A stretch of 64,000 nt of DNA, taken from contig OZ024752.1 in assembly GCA_964016885.1 (NCBI GenBank), positions 44,392,001-44,456,000 of the forward strand, in the 5' to 3' direction. The translations under genes were made by a program, and so were the position numbers. The stretch is from Eledone cirrhosa (taxonomy: Eukaryota). The notes beneath the pieces were generated by a model that worked only from the letters and a program-made list of their open reading frames with translations, did no database searches and had not been told where the DNA came from. This document shows positions 39,801-52,114 of this stretch, in pieces (within the stretch, counting starts at the first letter, position 1; each line of letters begins with the position of its first letter).

Positions 39801-39962
39801 ACCCTCCTCTCCATCTAGTCTCTTGCACACAGCATACATCAACTTCCTTTCGCTCTAGCATTTCTACGATTTCTCCTGCTCTTCCTTTCATTGAGCCTAC
39901 ATTGATGGTACCAACTCGGAGTTTTGGGCATTTGTCGACACTCGTAGGGGAGGGTCTCTGGG
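36866..39962 (-). mobile_element. RTE-clade LINE, near full-length, 5'-truncated
   Basis: Single endonuclease-RT ORF. LINE-like sequence ends at about 39962, followed by AT-rich host sequence. Confidence 0.9.
36883..39891 (-). CDS. RTE LINE polyprotein: AP endonuclease + reverse transcriptase + PHD-like finger
   Basis: APE motifs VQETRW, SAYAP, GDFNGHVG, QLDFIL, SQH; RT motifs NYRGIKL, QFGF, FVDLEKAFD, GVHQGSVLSPLLF, YADD, YLG; RTE C-terminal RLRWYGHV and GRPKMTW. Confidence 0.97.
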   Translation of the reverse strand: MKGRAGEIVEMLERKEVDVCCVQETRWRGGSARVLVGKSQCYKFFWVGNDDGMGGVGILLADKWVDKVISVYRVNARIIKLRLVLNKTITTIISAYAPQSGLPDELKDRFYESLIHTTALTDDKDFLIIAGDFNGHVGKHCDGFNRVHGGHGVGTRNEEGFRLLEFCDANDMSICNTNFKKPDNHLITYRSGEHSSQLDFILIRGRDRWTVVNTKAFPSEECTSQHSLVVSDLTVRTRRALKQRPTWRRKIWKLKVPSTSNRFKDILLNAYDSKEEQIETFNVEENWEFLKNNLLEATDEVCGWSKTSSRRRVTWWWNNKVDEAVKAKRQAWKEWKNGGSRVHYIETKREARRQVYLARREAEDRKFKHVLQREDQKQEVFKIARQCVRDSCDVIGEKCIRNDKGELALTSAEKKDAWKSHYDRLLNEENAWEEETLPHVDPIEGPAVQVSGSVVSKAIRDMKIGKATGPSGIAAEMLKASGSVGHTITTRIVNQVILEGAIPKDWCSSIIVNCYKGKGDALDRGNYRGIKLMDQVMKVTERVIAQLIRDRVNIDEMQFGFVPGKGTTDALFLVRQLQEKYLAKSKPLYLAFVDLEKAFDRVPRAVIWWALRKLGVDEWLVKAVQAMYRGAVSKVRIGNEYSEEFSVQVGVHQGSVLSPLLFIIVLQAITEEFKTGCPWELLYADDLALIAESMVELENKFQTWKQGLERKGLKVNMTKTKVLISRRENRTQIPSGKWPCSVCRKGVGRNSILCPKCKQWVHKRCSGISGSLIKNVGFTCSSCAETASKQPQETSTTNLWEGPVETVDSFCYLGDRISNGGGCSESTITRVRTGWKKFRELLPLLAAKGFSLRMKGRLYDACIRTAMLHGSETWALKVEDLRRLERNEACMLRWMCNSNIRERQSINELRERLSIRGIKCCVQERRLRWYGHVMRMKDDSCIKRCRALEVDGNRGVGRPKMTWDEVIRADLTQLHLSKSMTHDRDFWRHAVIQGTRPPMGTC

Positions 39963-40109
39963 TTATATACTTTTAATACCATATTATCACGAAAGACTAG
40001 TCTTTGAGTTTGTTTAAACCATATTCCTGACAATGGCATATATCAATTCTTTTCAGGTTTCTATTTTTTCTTTTCTGCTTGTAATATAATTTTGAAATAC
40101 AAAGTATTT

Positions 40110-40147
<38 letters not shown>

Positions 40148-40369
40148 CATACTTTGAAAAAAAGGTAGGTTGGTATCAGGAAGGGTGTCCCCCACCCCAC
40201 CCTCTCAAAAGTCTTGTCCCAAACCAGGGAAACATGGAAACAGTGGATGTAAAAACGATGATGATGATGATTGTGATGATCATGGTGATGGTGATTCATT
40301 ATTTTTCATGTACATCATCGATTACAATATAAAAACGTTATTTTTATCTGTTCAGGTTTTTGATCAACA

Positions 40370-40498
40370 CTATATATATATTGTGTTGTATATATATATA
40401 TTGTGTTGTGTATGTATGTATATATATATATTGTGTTGTGTATGTATATATATATATATATATTGTGTTGTATATATATATATATATATATATTGTGT

Positions 40499-40544
<46 letters not shown>

Positions 40545-40602
40545 GTTGTGTATGTATATATATATATTGTGTTGTGTATGTATATATATATATATATTGT
40601 GT

Positions 40603-40638
<36 letters not shown>

Positions 40639-40754
40639 GTTGTATATATATATATATATATTGTGTTGTGTATGTATATATATATATATTGTGTTGTGTA
40701 TGTATATATATATATATTGTGTTGTGTATGTATATATATATATATATATTGTGT

Positions 40755-40810
<56 letters not shown>

Positions 40811-41192
40811 GTTGTGTATATATATATATATTGTGTTGTGTATATATATATATATTGTGTTGTGTATATATATATATTGTGTTGTGTATGTATGTATATA
40901 TATTGTTGTGTATGTATATATATATATATATATTGTGTTGTATATATATATATATATTGTGTTGTATATATATATATATATATATATTGTGTTGTATATA
41001 TATATATATATATATATTGTGTTGTATATATATATATATATATATATTGTGTTGTTTATGTATATATATATATATTGTGTTGTTTATGTATATATATATA
41101 TATTGTGTTGTTTATGTATATATATATATATTGTGTTGTTTATGTATATATATATATTGTGTTGTGTATGTATATATATATATATATTGTGT

Positions 41193-41234
<42 letters not shown>

Positions 41235-41515
41235 GTTGTGTATGTATATATATATATATATATTGTGTTGTGTATGTATATATATATATATATATTGTGT
41301 TGTGTATGTATATATATATATATATTGTGTTGTGTATGTATATATATATATATATTGTTGTGTATGTATATATATATATATTGTGTTGTGTATGTATATA
41401 TATATATATATATTGTGTTGTATATATATATATATATTGTGTTGTGCATGTATATATATATATATATTGTCTTGTGTTGTGTATGTATATATATATATAT
41501 ATATATTGTGTTGTG

Positions 41516-41546
<31 letters not shown>

Positions 41547-41555
41547 TGTGTTGTG

Positions 41556-41591
<36 letters not shown>

Positions 41592-41733
41592 GTTGTGTAT
41601 GTATATATATATATGTTGTGTTGTGTATGTATATATATATATGTTGTGTTGTGTATGTATATATATATATATATATATTGTGTTGTGTATGTATATATAT
41701 ATATATTGTGTTGTGTATGTATATATATAGTGT

Positions 41734-41767
<34 letters not shown>

Positions 41768-41860
41768 GTGTTGTGTGTATATATATATACATATATATTT
41801 TGTTGTGTGTGTGTATATATATATACTGTGTCTATGTATATAGTGTTGTATATATGTATA

Positions 41861-41902
<42 letters not shown>

Positions 41903-41930
41903 GTTTATATATATATATATGTGTGTATGT
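40370..41930. repeat. (TA)n-TTGTGTTGTG compound satellite running up to the exon C acceptor
   Basis: Directly visible. Confidence 0.95.
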
Positions 41931-41944
41931 TTGTTGTGTTTCAG

Positions 41945-42052
41945 AAAGCCATCATCCAGGCTGCTACTATGTTAAAAGAATTCTATCCATACCATGTTCT
42001 TCAACGTTTACCAATATCTGAGCAAGAATTCTGGGAAAAACAACAGCTGGAG
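41945..42052 (+). CDS. Host gene exon C (phase 0-0)
   Basis: gtgtttcag| ... gag|gtaaat; [36 protein letters not shown]. Confidence 0.88.
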
Positions 42053-42985
42053 GTAAATGATTGGAAAGGTAAATAGTGATTTCTTTGATACCCTCCAGGG
42101 ACTGCTGCCAACATTTTAATCAATTCTTACAAATATTACACACAATCTTATTCTTTTACCTTCATTATTGTTTTATTACCTTTCTTTGCTTCTTTCTTTC
42201 TTTTCTCCTCCTGCTTCTTCTTTTTCTTTTTCTTTTTCTTTTTCTTTCACTGAGAAAGAAATACATGCAATCCTTATATAAAAAATATATTCCTTTACTT
42301 TTGATTTTTAAATCACACTGAGGTAGATTTGGTGGTGGTGGTTCTGGCAATGTCGGTAGCAGTGTCTTAGAGTAAATCTTAACCAACTCTACCCTACCTC
42401 CAAATATTAATGGACTGGTCCAGAACTAGAGTAAATCTTAACCAACTCTACCCTACCTCCAAATATTAATGGTCTGGTCCAGAACTAGAGTAAATCTTAC
42501 CCAACTATACCCTACCTCCAAAAATTTGAGGATTTGTGTCTTTATATTATAAATACATATTAAAAAAAAAAAGAATTGTTATTTTGTTCTTGTGTGAAGA
42601 CCTTTTTTTTAACCAGGTTTAACTTTCAAGAAACTGAAATTCTCTTGACTCTATTTACCAGGTTTAGCTTGCAAGAAACTCACTGAAATATTTTCGAAAA
42701 ATTTTTTGGTTCCATTAGAAGAAACTGACAACCATTTTGAACTAAAGGTAAGACTATAGATGCATAAATTGTTTTTATTAACCCTTTTGTTACCATATTG
42801 CAAATAAAGGACACTGGCTTTATGTATTTCAAAACTAGATTGTCTTCAATGTTTAGTTTACACAAGTGGACTATTTTATAAACTATCTTTATAGCATTGA
42901 GCACTTTCTTTATACCTATATACCTATATATATATATTCCAATTCCAACCTGCCCATCCCTTCAATCTATCTTATTTCTCATGCT

Positions 42986-43022
42986 TTCTTCTGATGAAGG
43001 ACTAGCATCCAAAAGGTTAAGA
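42986..43022 (+). ncRNA. Degenerate minimal hammerhead in a Penelope pLTR-like remnant (about 42938-43110)
   Basis: tctt-CTGATGA-aGGA-ctagca-TCC-aAAAgGTT-aaga; the expected GAAAC is mutated. Confidence 0.45.
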
Positions 43023-43269
43023 CCCTCTTCCTGCTATATCAAGCGTTAACCTAATATATCCCTTCCATATACTGTACCGATTGTGTTGTTATTTCTGTTT
43101 ACCTTTTACATACATACATATATATATATATTCTCAGCACTTCAAAAGCCAAAATATTCGGTTTCATACATTTTATGAATAAATATTTTATAAATATCGT
43201 ACATGTTTACCTTTCCTTAATATTTCTGAATCTCACTAATCACAAAGTTTAATGATGGTCGTTTGACAG

Positions 43270-43366
43270 GTAGAACACATCAACTTTTCCCGATATACAG
43301 ACATGCTGAAATATGCTGAGTTCCATGATGACTTGGACGAAATTACCCAAATGCACATTCCTGCTG
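43270..43366 (+). CDS. Host gene exon D (phase 0-1)
   Basis: tttgacag| ... ctg|gtaaga; VEHINFSRYTDMLKYAEFHDDLDEITQMHIPA. Confidence 0.88.
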
Positions 43367-43584
43367 GTAAGAAATATTTCTTTTTCTAATAATATATTTT
43401 ACATAAAACTATTTGTGTTTGGTTATCAAACTTAAACCAATCACATCAGTTATCAAGACTACTAAAACTGTATGGTGAGGGTACATAAGACAGGGCCTAT
43501 TGTGATGAGGGTACACAAGACGGGTTTGAGATATTTCAATATTTTTCTAGAAGTTCTGACCCAAATCTGTTTCAATATTTTCAG

Positions 43585-43675
43585 CTGATGTCAGTATACG
43601 GCCCCCCTTTCTGGATTGTGGATTTTTTAACCCCAATCAACATTTAATTCCGACAGCCAAGTGGGATACACCCAG
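43585..43675 (+). CDS. Host gene exon E (phase 1-2)
   Basis: tattttcag| ... cag|gtaata; ADVSIRPPFLDCGFFNPNQHLIPTAKWDTP. Confidence 0.88.
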
Positions 43676-43869
43676 GTAATAATAATTATAATAATAATAA
43701 TTCATTTGTCATGTTTTACATTAATTTTATTACTAGGGACTTTAGTAATCTTTTACAGTCCTGTAGAAGCCATTTCTACATTATATTTTGTATATACTCT
43801 ACTAATGTATTGAGTACCTTACTTGCTGTAGTTACCCCCTATTGAACCCCCAGCCCATATATATATATA

Positions 43870-44058
43870 ATTGGAATGACAACAACAGGATCTAAATCAA
43901 CAAACAAAAGAATTCGATCTTAAAGGACAATAGGAAAATCTGCTTCATAGAATCGAGATGTATCCGAGGATCGCGCGATTTCAGAGTCAGGTTTGATCAT
44001 CACATCGATCGTGCTTCGAGCTGGTCGCCTGGGAAACAACGCTGGGCTTTATTGCTAG
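43870..44058 (+). mobile_element. Helitron-like 3' terminal fragment
   Basis: GC-rich subterminal hairpin gcctggg-aaacaac-gctgggc followed by tttattgCTAG|T. Confidence 0.55.
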
Positions 44059-44081
44059 TATATATATATATATATATATAT

Positions 44082-44338
44082 CAGTGGCGAAGGGTAACCT
44101 GGAAAGCAGGGCATGTAGTCCAATCGCCATGGCGGAAAGTGGGGCTGTGCAGCCTTACCAAATTCCCTCTAAATGACCCTCCCGGTCAAAGCCACATTAG
44201 TATTATCTAGTGTGTGTGTGTGTGTGTTATCTTTTTATGTGTCTACGATTTAGTAAGCAGCCAAAATTCTGCTTGCTTCAACCGTCGCAGTTGATCATTT
44301 CAAGATTCTATAACGCATGCACGCACCCTTTGCCCCTG
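44082..44338. mobile_element. hAT-like MITE in (TA)n
   Basis: TIRs CAGTGGCGAAGGGT / ACCCTTTGCCCCTG, 12 of 14 matching. Confidence 0.6.
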
Positions 44339-44981
44339 ATATATATATATATATATATATATATGGTAATTTCTTATAAATGACACATTTATATATCAGC
44401 AGCAGCACTGCCTTAACCCTTTAAACCAGCCAAGGGACCCCATATGAGATGCCACCTGATGGAGGGGAGCTAGCTAAAGCTATACAGGAGTGCCACCTGA
44501 GGAGGGGGGGGGGGCTAAAGCTATACAGGAGTGCCACCTGAGGAGGGGGGTGGCTAAAGCTATACAGGTGTGCCACCTGGGAGGGGATTGACTAAAGCTA
44601 TGCAGGTGTGACCTATAACAAGAAGTTTACAGCTAGGTGTCATTATGAGTTAAATGTCTTCAAGAAAGAAATTTCCTTCTCTGGGGATAGGAAACTAATT
44701 TGTTTATTGTGTAAAAGGTTGGAACCTTATCAACTATCAAGCCAGTCAGCTGCAACTATCTACAATATAGATTATTGATTTTGCAATAATATTTCTCTTG
44801 AATCACTTCTTTGAAGGTAGATTTCAATGTTGTCCACCCGTAATAATTTCTTATTTCCAGTCAATGATTTCTTTTCATTTGTGATTCTACTTTTAGCCAT
44901 TTTAACATTTAGACATTGAAATTACAAACTTTATGCTCAGTGATTCTGTTGAATGTAATAAACCATCAGCTTTTCTTAGGC

Positions 44982-45235
44982 TTTCTTACATAATATTGCT
45001 TTCTTACTAGATAATATGGCTTTCTTACTACATAATATGGCTTTCTTACTACATAATATGGCTTTTTTACTACATAATATTGCTTTCTTACTAGATAATA
45101 TGGCTTTCTTACTACATAATATGGCTTTCTTACTAGATAATATGGCTTTCTTACTACATAATATGGCTTTCTTACTACATAATATGGCTTTTTTACTACA
45201 TAATATGGCTTTCTTACTACATAATATGGCTTTCT
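44982..45235 (+). repeat. Minisatellite, 21 bp, about 12 copies, abutting the exon F acceptor
   Basis: Unit ataatatggctttcttactac (or ...ctag). Confidence 0.95.
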
Positions 45236-45242
45236 TTTTCAG

Positions 45243-45353
45243 AGAACAGATGTGCCCCTGGAAAAAAGACCATATGCCTCATGTCTTTGATAAACTACAA
45301 ATACCGCTTCCTATTCCACACCCAGCAAGCATTGCTTTAGCTATCTATAACAG
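45243..45353 (+). CDS. Host gene exon F (phase 2-2)
   Basis: tttctttttcag| ... cag|gtttgt; REQMCPWKKDHMPHVFDKLQIPLPIPHPASIALAIYN. Confidence 0.88.
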
Positions 45354-45663
45354 GTTTGTATAACTTTGTATGACTCCATGATTGAACATTTAAAGCCTTT
45401 ATCCTAATATAGTAAATTATAACCACTAGTAAAAAATACTGTAAACATTTGAATTAATAAATACATTTTCTACTAAATAATGAGTGGTTAACAGGAGAAT
45501 TTTCATAAATATTACTAATTTATTGTTTTGACAAAAATTGGTGGTAATGTAAAAGAAAAGAATATACCATTTTCAATAATATTTAACGAATATTGTGGTA
45601 TTTTTTAAATTAGTCCCTGTTTTTCATTTTTTTTCTAACATATAGCATTTGTTTTTTTCTCAG

Positions 45664-46060
45664 GGAAAATGATCAATACCCTATCAACTTTGAAGACCTC
45701 TATTGTCAGAGAATTATCAAGGCTACTAAAGAAGTCCCTTATGTTGATGTTGGACATCTATCTTCACCAGAACTTTTCGAACTTGAACCCAGCACACCAG
45801 ATATCGGTACTTTTGGTGAACCAATCAATCTATTATCCCACCTAGCACAACAGGAAGCTTCTTATTTCTCTGATGACAATGTTGGGGGTGTTACAGGAAC
45901 CAGCAGTCCTGCTCTAGATAGTAATATGACCAATTCAGTACAAAATAGTTCGGTTGATGAACCAGACAAAGATGAAACTGCTGAAGGTCACATTGTCTAT
46001 GAAGAGAATGAAAGGGACAGTAGCTGTATTATTGAATTAAGGGAAATTGCAAATGGATGA
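45664..46060 (+). CDS. Host gene terminal coding exon G with acidic tail and TGA
   Basis: ttttttctcag| then 132 codons, RENDQYPINFEDLYCQRIIK...IIELREIANG*. Confidence 0.88.
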
Positions 46061-46289
46061 AATTACATTATTTTAGAGCTTCTTTTCTATATTATGTAAC
46101 ATTATGGTCAACTGATTATTGTGAGTGTGTATACATAATCTATTAAAACATTATTCACCAGGATGGATGAATTCAAATCATTCACTGTCTCAAATATATG
46201 AAGTCTACTGGTTTCTTAAAACATCACCACCATTTTTTTTTAAATTTAATTTCAACATTGTCTTTATATTGCTCAGGTCTATCTTATTT

Positions 46290-46770
46290 GACTGACTGTG
46301 GTTCAGCTTTGTCTGACTGTGGTTCAGCTATGTCTGACTGTGGTTCAGCTATGTCTGACTGTGGTTCAGCTATGTCTGACTGTGGTTCAGCTATGTCTGA
46401 CTGTGGTTCAGCTTTGTCTGACTGTAGCTCAGCTTTGACTGTAGCTCAGCTTTGTCTGACTGTAGCTCAGCTTTGTCTGACTGTAGCTCAGCTTTGTCTG
46501 ACTCTGGTTCAGCTGTGTCTGACTGTGGTTCAGCTTTGTCTGACTGTAGCTCAGCTTTGTCTGACTGTAGCTCAGCTTTGTCTGACTCTGGTTCAGCTGT
46601 GTCTGACTGTGGTTCAGCTTTGTCTGACTGTAGCTCAGCTATGGCTCACTGTAGCTCAGCTTTGTCTGACTCTGGTTCAGCTTTGTCTGACTCTGGTTCA
46701 GCTTTGTCTGACTCTGGTTCAGCTGTGTCTGACTGTAGCTCAGCTTTGTCTGACTCTGGTTCAGCTGTGC
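46290..46770 (+). repeat. Minisatellite, 21 bp, in the probable 3' UTR
   Basis: Unit gactgtggttcagctttgtct and variants. Confidence 0.95.
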
Positions 46771-46894
46771 CCTATAAATGTTATGATTTATTTTAACCAT
46801 TCAATGAACAACAACTTTGTTCTTATATAATTCATGTGTAAAGAAAAAGAATCCCACAAATCATGTCTGTTCATCATTATATGAGACACTGTAA

Positions 46895-47000
46895 TCCCGG
46901 CGAGGTTAACTTTGCCTTTCATCCTTACGGGGGTCGATAAAATAAAGTACCAGTAATGCACTGGGTAATTGCTGGCCTTGTGCCTAAAGTAGAAACAATT
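46895..47000 (+). mobile_element. 5'-truncated family A SINE with 14-bp TSD
   Basis: TSD atgagacactgtaa (46881-46894) / atgagatactgtaa (47001-47014). Confidence 0.85.
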
Positions 47001-48774
47001 ATGAGATACTGTAACATAACGAGTTATCCTTCTGAACTGGTAAAATTAGTTTCATTTGAGGATTACTTGTGGTTCTTTGTCCTGTTTTAAAATATTTCAG
47101 GTTTCCTAACATGTTTGAAAAGTTAAATTAGTATAGCTTCATTGCCTGACTACATGTTGGTCTGACTACATGTTGGTCTCTCTACATGTTGGTCTTTCTA
47201 CATGTTGGTCTTTCTACATGTTGGTTTCACTAAGCCATTGTGATCGAGATATCACATTAAGACAGTTGAAGTTAAAAGACTGTAAAATATGAGCTTTGTG
47301 TGATTCTCCCATTGTAAAAAATAGTTTGAGGGCAAAACCAGAGAAAAACCAGAGAAAACAAACAAAAGAAATCCGGATCTTCAGCAAGACCTTAAGCAAG
47401 ATCCGTGTTAAGAATGTTTGAAACTTTAGTTGCAGTTGAAACCTTTACTGTGCAAAATATTTTCTAAGTTCAGTAATCCTCTCTAGTTAAATATGTGATA
47501 TCAACTATACACCCTCATAAGGTATAATATGATATATACACCCTCATTAATAATGTATAATATGTGATATCAAATATACACCCTCATAAGGTATAATATG
47601 ATATATACACCCTCATTAATAATGTATAATATGTGATATCAAATATACACCCTCATAAGGTATAATATGATATATACACCCTCATTAATAATGTATAATA
47701 TGTGATATCAAATATACACCCTCATAAGGTATAATATGATATATACACCCTCATTAATAACGTAAAATATGATATATTGAACTGTAAAATATTATTATTA
47801 TTGATAATATGAAAATGTATTTTAATGATCTCCTATACCTTGTGATGCTTTAATGAATAATAATAATAATGCTGATCATTTCTATTATTGGCCATAATAA
47901 CAATGATGATGATGATATTATTTTTTAAATAACTTTCTCAAAATCAAAGGAAATATTTTTTTGTTCCTCTTGCTTCTGAACAAAAAGTACTCTGCCTGTC
48001 CACTACAAAGTATAGAGCTCCTCATATCACTTATATTTATTTAGTTTTAACTAAATTAATTATTATTCATATTCTGCAGATTTAATAATCTAGGATCTAT
48101 GAAGCATTATGTTTTAAAATCAGTGGAGTTAACCCTTTCATGACCAAATTTCTAGTGAAATACACTCTATTTCAATTAATAAATGAAGAATTTTGAGGGA
48201 TTTATTAAAATTATTAATTATTTCATTACTAAGATAGTAACTTAATGTAAGGTTCTTATATAAAATTATGTTGGAAAATTTTAATTTAAATTGGAAACCT
48301 TTAAAATGGGTGACTTTATTTCATAGAACCAGAACTGGTTATGGCCAGGTTGGTAAATAAAGGATTAAAAGATTTTTTTTTTAAAGAAAAATTGTATAAT
48401 TTTTATTTTGGAAGTTATGTGTGTTGTAATATTTCAATTGATAATAATGGTTTATAAAATTAACAAATATTTCAAAATAATTGAGGAGACATCTAATTCT
48501 TGGTTTCTTTAATACCATGTTGAAAAATTCTCATTGTTAATTGTTTTAGTCACCAACTACTATAACAATGTCCATCATATTTTGTGTAAATGTTGTAAAA
48601 TGATATTTTTTGTGAATTTTATTATTAGACAGTGTTTTACCATAATACTTGTAAATGTTGCCGAAATAACAATAAGTATCTCTCTACGCCTCTTGTAAAT
48701 GTTGTAAAAAGAAAAAGGTGTCTTTCATAACTTGTTAAAACTTGTATAAAATTGTATCCATTGTTATGTTGAAT

Positions 48775-49712
48775 TGGTAGAGTACTTTAATGTCTATGGT
48801 AGAGTACTTTAGTGTCTATGGTAGAGTACTTTAGTGTCTATGGTAGAGTACTTTAGTGTGTATGGTAGAGTACTTTAGTGTGTATGGTAGAGTACTTTAG
48901 TGTCTATGGTAGAGTACTTTAGTGTGTATGGTACAGTAAATTATTGTATTTCTCTTCTGTATTATGACAAATCTTGTAACTGCTGCAGTTCGATGGTTTT
49001 AAAACTGTCAAGTTTATACAATCTGTTGTTTCATAACGACTGATACTATTTCAGACACCCATAACATGTAGTGTACACTGTGGTACTCTATACAAATAAC
49101 ATGTAGTGTACACTGTGGTACTCTATACAAATAACATGTAGTGTACACTGTGGTACTCTATACAAATAACACGTAGTGTACACTGTGGTACTCTATACAA
49201 ATAACATGTAGTGTACACTGTGGTACTCTATACAAATAACATGTAGTGTACACTGTGGTACTCTATACAAATAACATGTAGTGTACACCTGTGGTACTCT
49301 ATACAAATAACATGTAGTATACACTGTGGTACAGTTTTGTGTGTTGTCATTGAGTGTATAATGAGAGCAGCTCGTGCCATAATCACTATGGTCCATATAG
49401 CCTTGTTGACTTATATATACACACACATATATATATACATACATATGTGTGTGTGTGTTTCTGCATAGTCAGTTCAATAAGTTTGATTTATATATATTGA
49501 TACTCTGAACTAGAGTTTGATCACCGAACATCTGATCAAGATTTCTTCTTGCCCATTTACCCTTCAGTTAGGTGCAGTGGTTTACCCTGAAGTTAGGTGC
49601 AGTGGTTTACCCTGCAGTTAGGTGCAGTGGTTTACCCTGCAGTTAGGTGCAGTGGTTTACCCTGCAGTTAGGTGCAGTGGTTTACCCTGCAGTTAGGTGC
49701 AGTGGTTTACCC
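48775..49712 (+). repeat. Three separate minisatellites: 22 bp (48775-48935), 35 bp (49060-49330), 25 bp (49556-49712)
   Basis: Units tggtagagtactttagtgtcta; ataacatgtagtgtacactgtggtactctatacaa; tttaccctgcagttaggtgcagtgg. Confidence 0.9.
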
Positions 49713-50331
49713 TCTAAACCACTCCATCTAACATGTATTTGGTTGTGAATGTAAGTTGTGACAAATATGTTTCTGTATTTGTTTTAAGTTTCTATTTAGT
49801 TGGCTATTTAACATTATATCTTCCTGCAGCTTGGAATATGGAATATATATATATATTTTAATTGGAATGAAGTAATCATTTTGTGAGTATGTCCACTAAA
49901 TATGTCATTTAATTACCTTATTTTCTTGTGTATAATACGAGAAATTTCAAAACAAAAAGGTGAAGGCTCATATTATACATGAGTATACATTTTCAGAAAT
50001 TTGTACTAAGCTTAAAAATACTTCTGTGAAATGGCGAGATTGCAAATAAGTGTTGATAAAAATTGTTTAGAAATGGTGTTTGATATATTGGCAATAATTG
50101 AACATCATATTAGCTTGATTGCACATCTTGAAGAAAATTATTAAAAAACATATCAAATTAGCATATTTCTTGAGCATTTGAAAAGTTGTTTTGAGACGGG
50201 AAATGGAATAAACCTGCTTCTACACAAAATATTAAACATCCAATTATTTTACTTTCGTTAAAATCATGAAAAACTGAATATATGTGAGATTGTAATGGAT
50301 AACATAGAAGTTTACAAAAATAATTTCCAGA

Positions 50332-50515
50332 GACAAGGGGCTGGATGTACTCTGACAAAGATGATTGGATAACATCCATGAGCTTGGCTGGTCTCACTTG
50401 GGGATCCAGCCGGATCAGTTGGAAATGGTTGCATCTGACAGGACCTGCTGGAAGGAGTGTTTGAGGACTCTGTCCTCAGTGACCCTCACAGAAATAAGTG
50501 GGCAAAGGAGAAGAT
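50332..50515 (+). mobile_element. Degenerate RTE-like LINE 3' end
   Basis: LDNIHELGWSHLGIQPDQLEMVASDRTCWKECL. Confidence 0.55.
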
Positions 50516-51710
50516 AATAGTTTACTCTAAAAATAACAATAGAATATGAACAGCTTAACTATAAGACAAGATTTGACCGACTCTATATGATAGAAAATGG
50601 CCATGTTGGGGTCGATAAAATAAAGAACCAGTAATACACTGGGATAATTGCTGACCTTGTGTCAAAAGTAGAAACAAATAATTATCAGAATTCATTAGAA
50701 ATTCTCAATTAAAATTTATCTTGAGTAAAATGAACTTTTTTAAAATGTTAACAAAAGATCCATATTCATCTTTCAACACACTTCTTGTGCTAATATTCCT
50801 TAAGAATTCTATAAAGAGAAAATTAAACACCGTAGTTAACTCTATAACATTTCTTTCAAATGTTCCAAAGTTAAAGTTTATTAAAATGGGACTTAAAGAA
50901 ACAACTGTGAGAAAGACACTCAATTATTTTCTCTCCGGTGATTAAATTTAAATATATTTCAAATCTGTTTCTCTCTGAAATTGCATATATGTATGTTGTG
51001 TATGTGTGTACGTATATGTGTATATATATATATGTATATGGATGTGTGTGTGTATATATATAAAGGGAACAAGGATAGTCATGTTTTCAACACACACATA
51101 CACACAGACAGACACCGACCGATATTTTAAAGTCTACCAGAGAAAACTAAAGTTTGATAATATTATTCCAGTGTTCCACAATTTGCCAAGTTATTTTTGT
51201 ATTTCTGTTCACCCCTTGCATCTTGTTAGCCATGTTCTAGAAACTATATTCCATATTCATTTGCAATATTTCCTGCAGTTAGATCATCTCTAAAAGCCTC
51301 TCAGCCAACAATGGAAGTTCTGCTTGTCCAGTAGTTAGCAGTGTCGCCCTATACTATGTCTGTCTCAATACAGTGGAAATCATTGGAGGGTATTGATATG
51401 AAACCTTTATAAAATTGTGATTTCTTTTACAAAACATTAAAAAAAAAGCTAAAACAAACAAAAAATCATCCGTATAAATGAATTTTAACAAGTTTATCTT
51501 TGATTGCAAAAAAACTGTATTTTTGTTTGTTTTTTTTACAAAAATGATCCTACTGATTGGTTTTTTTTTTTTGTAAATTTATTTTTCTTTTTTTAAATAT
51601 TGTAACCAATTTTTACATTGATTTTTCTTTTATATTTTGTAATTTTTTTAAATTCTCTTATCTTGTTGTCTGTGATGTACAGGTTTTTACAAAATATCAT
51701 GCTATTTTAT

Positions 51711-51761
<51 letters not shown>

Positions 51762-52073
51762 TATATGTGTGTGTGTGTGTGTATGTATATATATATATAT
51801 ACCAAAGGTGTAATCTCATACAGTGCTGTATATATTTGTGTGTTTGGAAGATTTAACCCAAATCTATAAAATCATCAGCAGCAGCCATTAACATCGTGTT
51901 TCAATCGTTGATATATTTACACAGAGAAATATTCACTTTACTAGAAGATATATACACACACACATATATATATAATTTATGTGTATATATGTGTATATGC
52001 ATATATATATGTATATAATTCGATTAGTACCTGCTATATTGCAGCTACAACTTTGATTTATACCCAATATATA

Positions 52074-52114
<41 letters not shown>

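Noticed and set aside
46198-46830. 210-aa ORF after the host stop codon
   Set aside because: Product of the 21-bp minisatellite.
51138-51404. Minus-strand exon-like frame (LLAERLLEMI*LQEILQMNMEYSF*NMANKMQ)
   Set aside because: Four stops in about 89 codons is near chance for this base composition. Similar weak candidates at about 4.2-4.4, 7.0-7.15, 29.65-29.85 and 53.4 kb were not called.
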